Below, in pieces: positions 57,804 to 64,000 of a stretch of 64,000 nt of DNA; the first letter of the stretch is position 1, and each line of letters opens with the position of its first letter. The stretch spans positions 6,785-70,784 of the forward strand of contig JAUNVS010000001.1 of the NCBI GenBank assembly GCA_030537565.1, read 5' to 3'. Below the pieces are notes generated by a model. That model searched no databases. It saw only the letters and a list, made by a program, of their open reading frames with translations, and had not been told where the DNA came from. The DNA is from Eubacteriales bacterium. GTDB lineage: Bacteria > Bacillota > Clostridia > Saccharofermentanales > Fastidiosipilaceae. The translations under genes and the position numbers were made by a program.

Positions 57804-58603
57804 CAGCAAATGTCCTCCAAGAGCGACGGGCGATGCGCAGGAGAAACCGTCAATTTCAAATCCCGCTCGAGACAGATCCCGTGAAGTTTTGCAGACGAAG
57901 CGCTACAGGTGTAGGCAAGTTCCGGACGATTATTCTCTTCGCTTAAGTGTGAAAGCTGGATCCGCTCGGTTCCCGATTCGACCAGAGCAATCAAGAGTGC
58001 CGCCGCATCGAAGTTACTCAGATGCCCCCGCTTGCCCTCAATTCGCTTCTTTAAAGCCCACGAATACCGGCCGCCATGAAGCATCTCTGGATCGTAATTC
58101 GACTCGAGATAAATCCGCTTACTCCCCTTAATCAGATCGAAGAGTTCCGAACTGACCTCACCACAGTCGGTCAAGACCGATAGACTTCCGTGCCCGGTAT
58201 CGATCCGATAGCCAAAGGGCTCTGCTGCGTCATGGGAAAGACGGAAGGGACGAAAACTCAGGTTCCCCAGAGCATAGCTCCTCGATGCCTCAACAATGTG
58301 AAAGCTAAGCTGCTCATAGGCTCGTTTTTTTTCGAGTAAGGCCCGATAACTTCCCTCGCTTAGATAGACTGGCAGATTGTAACGCCTCGCGAAGACGAGC
58401 AGTCCAGAGACGTGATCACTATGTTCATGGGTAACGAGGATGGCATTAAGATCCTCAGGCCGTTCTCCCAAACCAGTCAGACTCGACTCAATCCGGGCAC
58501 AGGAAATCCCCGCATCGATGAGGATCCGTGTATCGCCACTTCTAAGAAAGATCGAATTCCCCTTTGAACTACTCGCCAGAGAACAAGACTGTGCAAAACT
58601 CAT
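57803..58603 (-). CDS. MBL-fold metallo-hydrolase, YycJ/WalJ/VicX-like
   Basis: Contains the VTHEHSDHVSG motif. The start overlaps the murA stop (ATGA). Confidence 0.8.
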   Translation of the reverse strand: MSFAQSCSLASSSKGNSIFLRSGDTRILIDAGISCARIESSLTGLGERPEDLNAILVTHEHSDHVSGLLVFARRYNLPVYLSEGSYRALLEKKRAYEQLSFHIVEASRSYALGNLSFRPFRLSHDAAEPFGYRIDTGHGSLSVLTDCGEVSSELFDLIKGSKRIYLESNYDPEMLHGGRYSWALKKRIEGKRGHLSNFDAAALLIALVESGTERIQLSHLSEENNRPELAYTCSASSAKLHGICLERDLKLTVSPAHRPSLLEDIC

Positions 58604-59892
58604 TTAAGGTTACGCTCGACTTCAAGCGTCGAGATGTCACTGCGGCGAATATTAGCGCCGATCGAGGTCAGTTTCTCGACGAGGTTTTCATAGCCACGTT
58701 CGAGGCGGAAGATATCGTAAATCTCTGTCTCATCCTGCGCCGACAATCCCGCTAGAACCATCGCTGCCCCCGCACGTAGATCTCGTGCTTGGACGAGTGA
58801 ACCAGTCAGCTGTGCCGGACCTGTAATCAAACAAGTCCGCTCAGCTACATCGATATTCGCCCCCATCAACTTGAGGTCCTCAACATACTGGAAGCGCGAG
58901 GTCCAGACATTCTCCTGCATGCGGCTCAATCCCTCCGCATGGCAGAGAAGCACGACTGCCTGAGGCTGTAAATCAGTTGGGAAACCTGGGTAGGGCATCG
59001 TAATGAAATTCGTCGATGACAAATGCCGTCCCTCAGGAATGTAGACTCGAATGAAATCGCCACCCTCCTCGACTACGGCACCCATTTCCTTAAGCTTCGC
59101 ACTTAAGGGCTCCATGTGTTTCGGAATTAGATTATGGACACAGACATCCCCCCGGGTCACCGCCGCTGCGATCATAAAGGTCCCAGCTTCGATCTGGTCC
59201 GGAATAATCGAGTAGCTGCGACGACCTGGCATCGATGAAACACCGTCAATGCGGATCATATCCGTACCAGCCCCACGAATTCGGGCCCCCATCGTGTTGA
59301 GAAAGTTAGCGACGTCAACGATGTGTGGCTCTCGAGCCGCGTTCTCAATCACCGTACGCCCAGGGGCCTTCGCCGCTGCGATCATCAGGTTAATCGTCGC
59401 CCCGACCGATACTTTATCCAAGAAAATATTAGCGCCGTGAAGTTGCTTCGCATCTAAGCGGATACGACCGTGCGAGATATTGCAGCTCGCCCCCATCGCT
59501 TCAAAGCCCTTCAGATGCAAATCAATCGGACGGACTCCAAAATTACAACCGCCAGGAAGGAAGATATCTGAACTCGATAAACGCGCGAGTAGCGCTCCGA
59601 GAAGATAGTACGAAGCGCGGATATCGCGGGCTCGCTCACTTACAACGCGAGCATCCTGAATCCCCCTCGGATCGATCTCCAGTCGATTCCCCTCTAGCTT
59701 ACATATCGCTCCGATGTCCGAAATGATGTCAATCATCGCCATCGTGTCGGAGACCTGAGGAACATTATCTATAGTACAGGGACCGTCGCAGATTATTGCG
59801 GCGGCCAAGATGCCGAGCGCCGCATTCTTCGAACCGCTGACTGTCACATCACCTCGTAAATGTCGACCGCCGCGAATCAAATAGCTTGCCAT
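58600..59892 (-). CDS. murA: UDP-N-acetylglucosamine 1-carboxyvinyltransferase
   Basis: 430 aa with YLIRGGRHLRGDVTVSGSKNAALGILAAA and the active-site loop PGGCNFGVRPIDLH. Confidence 0.93.
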   Translation of the reverse strand: MASYLIRGGRHLRGDVTVSGSKNAALGILAAAIICDGPCTIDNVPQVSDTMAMIDIISDIGAICKLEGNRLEIDPRGIQDARVVSERARDIRASYYLLGALLARLSSSDIFLPGGCNFGVRPIDLHLKGFEAMGASCNISHGRIRLDAKQLHGANIFLDKVSVGATINLMIAAAKAPGRTVIENAAREPHIVDVANFLNTMGARIRGAGTDMIRIDGVSSMPGRRSYSIIPDQIEAGTFMIAAAVTRGDVCVHNLIPKHMEPLSAKLKEMGAVVEEGGDFIRVYIPEGRHLSSTNFITMPYPGFPTDLQPQAVVLLCHAEGLSRMQENVWTSRFQYVEDLKLMGANIDVAERTCLITGPAQLTGSLVQARDLRAGAAMVLAGLSAQDETEIYDIFRLERGYENLVEKLTSIGANIRRSDISTLEVERNLK

Positions 59893-59983
59893 GGACTACA
59901 CCTCTTAAAAATCTAAATCACACAAGTCCAATTAAGGACAGTTAAGAATAGTATTTTAGCACAACCTGACTGCACTCGACGCT

Positions 59984-61486
59984 CTAAACGCCGTCCTCAT
60001 CAAGAAGGGCAAGCTCCTCCGATTCAGGCCTATAACTGGAGACATCTTCCGGCCTCAACTGCTGGAGGAGATCTTCGGCTTGTTCATCACTGAGCTCGGT
60101 CAGCGACTCAACTTCTATGCCGAAATCATTTGCCAATAGAAGCAACTCTTTGAGTGCATAGGCGATCAGTGGATCTTCACTCGTTCGACCATCCCGCCCC
60201 AAGTCCAGAGCTTCCTTATAGATGCGTGCCGCCGAGGGCAGAAGCAGATGAAAGGAGGATCCTTGGCCGAGGCTACTGCGAACTAGGAGGCGCGCGTGGT
60301 GAAGATCGCTAAGTTCTTTTGCAATCGAGAGCCCCAAACCGGTTCCCCCATAATTTCGACTTCCTGTGACATCAACACGGTAAAAGCGCTCGAAGATGTG
60401 CTTGAGGTGCTGAGGCGCAATCCCGTATCCCGAATCACTGACGTTTACATGGACATCATCGAGGGGGCTTGAAAGGTAAACCGTTACGCGCGCGCCGCGG
60501 TCGGAATACTTAATTGCATTGGTAATCAAATTCAATACGATGCGCTCTAGTGAAGCATAATCCCCGATCACCTGAGGTAAGTGGGAGAGCGCCAGGACTT
60601 TAAGATCAATCTCTTTTTTCGCTGCTTCTGGCTGCATGCGCTCGACTAGTTTACGAGAAAGGAGAAGCATGTCAACTTCCGACATATGATAGAGTCGCCC
60701 GCGACTATCAATACTCGATAACAGGAGGAGGTCCGAGACCAATTGCTCCATGCGCTGAGCATCTTCATAAATGCGGATAATATCCTTACGGATCGAGTCT
60801 TTTTGCTTTTCCTCTAGTCCCCAGTCTAGGAGCGTTTCTGAGTAAGTTTTGATCGTCGTTAGAGGCGTCTTCAGTTCGTGCGATACATTGGCGACGAACT
60901 GTTTGCGCTGAAGCTCGAGTGTCTCACGCTCCGTGACATCTTGGATCAGGAGGAGAATTCCCTTTTCAGTCTCTTCACCACCTGAAATCGGGCGAATTTC
61001 AAAGTGGAGCTTCATCTTCTCATGCTCGATGAGCAGATCTCGACGCCCCTGCTGGAGCAAAAGGGCTGCATTTAAAGCTACATCTGGGAACAAGAGCAGT
61101 AACTCGGTGATGTCTGCTGGAGGAGCCTGTTCAAATAGCGTTTCAAAAGCCGCGTTGCTATAGAGCAAACGTCCATTTTTACGAAAATACAGGAGAGCCA
61201 TCGACAGACCGTCCATGATCATCTCAAAATCAGAAAGCAGACGCGTCGGCGGCTTATAATCGACAGCGAGCGAACTCGGCTGGGTCAACACGTCTTCATT
61301 TGACTTATGGGCGAGGCCCTGGAATGACTCAATGCGATTTAGCACCGCAGCCACGCATCTACGAAAACGCGATGAAAGTCGGTAGACGATTACAAAAACG
61401 AGTAAAAGAGCCCCCAGCAAGAGCAGGAAGCTCAGAAATCGTAAGAAGCCTTCCCAAATAGCGATGAAGACCGAGAGCTGACGCAT
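59984..61486 (-). CDS. Sensor histidine kinase (single TM, PAS, HisKA, HATPase), WalK/VicK-like
   Basis: H-box FVANVSHELKTPLT, N-box LNLITNAIKYS and G-box GGTGLGLSIAKE. It is paired with a WalR-like regulator. Confidence 0.85.
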   Translation of the reverse strand: MRQLSVFIAIWEGFLRFLSFLLLLGALLLVFVIVYRLSSRFRRCVAAVLNRIESFQGLAHKSNEDVLTQPSSLAVDYKPPTRLLSDFEMIMDGLSMALLYFRKNGRLLYSNAAFETLFEQAPPADITELLLLFPDVALNAALLLQQGRRDLLIEHEKMKLHFEIRPISGGEETEKGILLLIQDVTERETLELQRKQFVANVSHELKTPLTTIKTYSETLLDWGLEEKQKDSIRKDIIRIYEDAQRMEQLVSDLLLLSSIDSRGRLYHMSEVDMLLLSRKLVERMQPEAAKKEIDLKVLALSHLPQVIGDYASLERIVLNLITNAIKYSDRGARVTVYLSSPLDDVHVNVSDSGYGIAPQHLKHIFERFYRVDVTGSRNYGGTGLGLSIAKELSDLHHARLLVRSSLGQGSSFHLLLPSAARIYKEALDLGRDGRTSEDPLIAYALKELLLLANDFGIEVESLTELSDEQAEDLLQQLRPEDVSSYRPESEELALLDEDGV

Positions 61487-62190
61487 TAGAGATCTTCAGG
61501 GCGAGCAAAGGAGTAGCCAACACCACGCTTCGTGATGATATAGCGATACTTGCTCGAATCAGGCTCAATCTTCTCACGCGTGCGTCGCACGGTCACGTCG
61601 ACGGTTCGAACATCACCGTAGTAGTCATAATCCCAGACCTCAGCCAGCAACTGTTCACGCGAAAAAACCTGGCCCGCATTCTTCGCCAAAAAAGCAAGCA
61701 AATCAAATTCGCGAAGCGTCAGATAAAGACTCGTACCGTTTCGCTTCACTTCAAAGGCATCGAAGTCAATTTCCAAATCACCACAGCGGAGTATATGGAC
61801 GTCCTGAGGATTCTCAGTCGATCCAGACATCTGTGTGCGCCGCAGCTGGGCCTTAACACGTGCGAGGACCTCTCGCAATGAAAACGGCTTGGTGATGTAG
61901 TCATCTGCCCCAAACTCAAGTCCCAAGACCTTATCAATCTCCTCACTCTTCGCAGTCAGCATGATAATAGGCACTGTGCTCTGATTCCGAACGTGCTTGA
62001 GAACCTCGAGACCGTCGATACCAGGCAGCATGTAGTCAAGTAGGACTAGATCGATGTCGGAATGCTGAGCGAGGCGAACGGCTTCGTGACCGTCATAAGC
62101 GGCCTCAACCTCATACCCCTCGCGAACGAGGGCATCCTTTAATATCTGAACAATATTTTCCTCGTCATCGACGACTAAGATCTTACTCAT
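61486..62190 (-). CDS. OmpR-family response regulator, WalR/VicR-like
   Basis: KILVVDDEENIVQIL...LLDYMLPGIDGLEV...MLTAKSEEIDKVLGLEFGADDYITKPFS and a winged-helix C-terminus. Confidence 0.88.
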   Translation of the reverse strand: MSKILVVDDEENIVQILKDALVREGYEVEAAYDGHEAVRLAQHSDIDLVLLDYMLPGIDGLEVLKHVRNQSTVPIIMLTAKSEEIDKVLGLEFGADDYITKPFSLREVLARVKAQLRRTQMSGSTENPQDVHILRCGDLEIDFDAFEVKRNGTSLYLTLREFDLLAFLAKNAGQVFSREQLLAEVWDYDYYGDVRTVDVTVRRTREKIEPDSSKYRYIITKRGVGYSFARPEDL

Positions 62191-62295
62191 GAGCTCTCCT
62201 AAGAAACAGAAATGTTTTAATTTGGTAATGACATGATAACATAATTCTCAAGCACTTCTGCGTCCACAACTCGAGCTATCCCCGCTCATAACGAA

Positions 62296-62856
62296 TCAGC
62301 GCCTAGGCTTGCGTATCTCCATGGGCATGAGATAGGCGGCCCCCATGAACAGGCCCCCCATAAGCGCTAAGCCCCAGTGGGGAATAGCGAGCAGCGAGGG
62401 CAATCCGTCTTTTACTTGAAACAGGGTAATCGCGCCCGCATTCAGCTGCTCGAAGAGCCCCGTAGCCGCGATGCTTCCATAAACAAGACTGTAACAAAGT
62501 GCACCCAGTAAACCGCCTAAGATTGCAACTAAGCCACGTCGAATCGTACCTGCGCCCATCGCTACAGGACAAGTTCCTGGGCAGCGACCGATCAGTCCAA
62601 AACCGACACCGAAAATCAACGCACCTATGATGACACCCGCGTGCAAGGGCTTAATCTTAAAGTGATCAATCGATAAAAGTCCCAGCGATGCCGCTAAGCC
62701 CGCGAGAAAAGCCGCCAAGCCAATCGCGAAGAAAATAATTTTACCGAGCCGCATATTTCTCAGGCGAAGCATATCGAGGACCGTAGCATTATTGCCAGCC
62801 CCGACGAAATAAAGTGCAAAGCCAAAAAAGATCCCTAAAAGAATTGCTACGACCAT
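62296..62856 (-). CDS. YeeE/YedE family sulfur-compound transporter half
   Basis: 186 aa polytopic protein with a GRCPGTCP motif. Confidence 0.75.
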   Translation of the reverse strand: MVVAILLGIFFGFALYFVGAGNNATVLDMLRLRNMRLGKIIFFAIGLAAFLAGLAASLGLLSIDHFKIKPLHAGVIIGALIFGVGFGLIGRCPGTCPVAMGAGTIRRGLVAILGGLLGALCYSLVYGSIAATGLFEQLNAGAITLFQVKDGLPSLLAIPHWGLALMGGLFMGAAYLMPMEIRKPRR

Positions 62857-63401
62857 TTTTTCTCACCTCCGATCGCGACTGGAATCGCAACAGCAAAGAC
62901 CAGTGCCGCGAAAACAAAACCCGAAATCGACGATTGCATCATGCCACTCATCATATGACCACTCGTGCAACCACCTGCAAGTCGAGCTCCGAAAAGGAGT
63001 AAAAAACCCGCTATGAAACTACGAGAAATTTCAGCCATCGACATTTTTCGCTTCAAATCACTCAAACTGGCACGTGACTTGCCGGACATGAGCAGAGCGC
63101 CCAATGATGAACCAATAAAGATCGATAGGAAGAAAGCAAGATCTTTTTCAAAACCGACAATCGCCCCAGCCAACTTACCGCCACTCCGATCGTAATACGC
63201 ATTCGTCGAGCGATATCCGTGCTTCGCCTCCCCATCCGAAACAATCAATGGCTCAGGCTTGACGACATCATGGATGAGTCGATGCGCCTTCCCTGAGATC
63301 ACACTAAACTGCGTACTGACTCCAATCGGCTTCCAGGCTAAGATCGCCAAGAAAAATGCCAAGCCTAAAACCACAGCTTGAAGCAACCACTTATCTTTCA
63401 T
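62847..63401 (-). CDS. YeeE/YedE family sulfur-compound transporter half
   Basis: 184 aa polytopic protein with a GGCTSGHMMSG motif. It overlaps the downstream half by 10 nt. Confidence 0.75.
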   Translation of the reverse strand: MKDKWLLQAVVLGLAFFLAILAWKPIGVSTQFSVISGKAHRLIHDVVKPEPLIVSDGEAKHGYRSTNAYYDRSGGKLAGAIVGFEKDLAFFLSIFIGSSLGALLMSGKSRASLSDLKRKMSMAEISRSFIAGFLLLFGARLAGGCTSGHMMSGMMQSSISGFVFAALVFAVAIPVAIGGEKKWS

Positions 63402-63508
63402 TAAATTCCTCCTTTACTAATCAAGCAGACAAACATCTGGTTTATCCATAGTCTAGCCTTTTTGGATTAGGGATGACAAAAGAAAAGCTACACAGAACCC
63501 CGGCGATA

Positions 63509-63549
63509 GAGAAAGGGATCGTCGCAGCATTTGCAACGATCCCTTTCTC
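63509..63549. other. Strong stem-loop (14-bp perfect stem) with no U-tract
   Basis: GAGAAAGGGATCGT-N13-ACGATCCCTTTCTC lies 24 nt downstream of the surface-protein stop. No T-run follows on either strand. Confidence 0.5.
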
Positions 63550-63572
63550 CTCAGCTCAAAGTGAGATCCATT

Positions 63573-64000
63573 TTACGAATTCTTCAAAAATCTGCGTTTC
63601 GCGGCGAGCAAAACCAAAGCAATCACCGAAACACCGGAAACCATAACGAAGGGCAAAGCCTCACCCGTCATGGGCACCGGAACCCGCTTCGCAGATACAG
63701 TCTGACTGGGATCATTCAAACGGTGAATAGAACTCTGACTCGGCTGGGTCTCACGACTTGTCGTCTCTTGAGTGCTCACATTTGTACTCGGCGTAGTTGG
63801 GCTAGTACTAGAACTGGTGCTGGAACTCGACTCAGAACCTGACGTCGTAGTCTCCGACTCTTCTGGCTGCTTTAAATAGTCCTTCGCCGCATCCAGAATC
63901 GCCGCATAGACCCCAGCTCGGTGATAAGTAGCCTCAGGAACAGCCCGAATTCCACCAACGCTGTCGACATCACTGGCTACGATATCAGCCGCCTTTCTTC
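63573..64000 (-). CDS. C-terminal part of a cell-wall-anchored surface protein (5' end outside the window)
   Basis: The minus-strand frame is open to the window edge. A Ser/Thr-rich linker is followed by the sorting signal VPMTGE, a hydrophobic stretch (ALPFVMVSGVSVIALVLLA) and a basic tail (AKRRFLKNS). Confidence 0.75.
   Translation of the reverse strand, partial: RKAADIVASDVDSVGGIRAVPEATYHRAGVYAAILDAAKDYLKQPEESETTTSGSESSSSTSSSTSPTTPSTNVSTQETTSRETQPSQSSIHRLNDPSQTVSAKRVPVPMTGEALPFVMVSGVSVIALVLLAAKRRFLKNS

Noticed and set aside
62847-62856. Treating the YeeE/YedE pair as a split pseudogene
   Set aside because: Two adjacent half-size YeeE/YedE genes with a short overlap is a common native arrangement. 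Each half has its own Cys-containing motif and its own start.
1-64000. Mobile elements, CRISPR arrays, prophage or defence islands
   Set aside because: I saw no transposase, integrase or Cas-like translations in the ORF track and no spaced direct-repeat arrays. By eye there is no abrupt compositional island. Gene content is housekeeping throughout.

Overview
This 64 kb window looks like core chromosome from a Bacillota (Firmicutes)-type bacterium using the standard genetic code. GC looks roughly balanced by eye. Most genes are on the minus strand and tightly packed. In order: ahpC (partial); a lytic transglycosylase; the glycine-cleavage genes gcvT-gcvH-gcvPA-gcvPB followed by an lpd gene broken by two in-frame stops; a ketopantoate-reductase-like gene; a GH13 enzyme and glgC-glgD-glgA; two MATE exporters; a CBM9-like protein; a proline-iminopeptidase-like hydrolase; rapZ; an HI0933/BaiN-type flavoprotein with a 3' frameshift; a threonine-aldolase-like gene; tatD, metG, ppiB, pncB. 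Next comes the classic block truA-ecfT-ecfA(fused)-rplQ-rpoA-rpsK-rpsM-rpmJ-infA-(unknown ORF)-map-adk-secY and the complete spc and S10 ribosomal operons (about 31.7-47.6 kb). After that: hslO, a SAM methyltransferase, an S41 protease, a secreted 5'-nucleotidase-like protein, tRNA-Met and tRNA-Glu, rplL-rplJ-rpsT-nusG-secE-rpmG, a hisE-like gene, rlmH, a YycJ/VicX-like MBL hydrolase, murA, a WalRK/VicRK-like two-component system, a YeeE/YedE pair and the 3' end of a sortase-type surface protein. I saw no transposases, integrases, CRISPR arrays, prophage genes or recognisable defence or toxin-antitoxin modules, and I cannot support a novel multi-gene system here. The points most worth a second look are: a 185-aa Arg/Lys-rich uncharacterised ORF inside the map-infA junction with unusually long spacers around rpmJ; lpd inactivated by two nonsense codons; a 5'-nucleotidase homolog with every metal-ligand motif substituted; rpsT sitting where rplK-rplA normally lie; murA inserted between walK-like and yycJ-like genes; and a fused EcfA-EcfA' ATPase. 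All family calls come from reading the translations and motifs; no database search was run.
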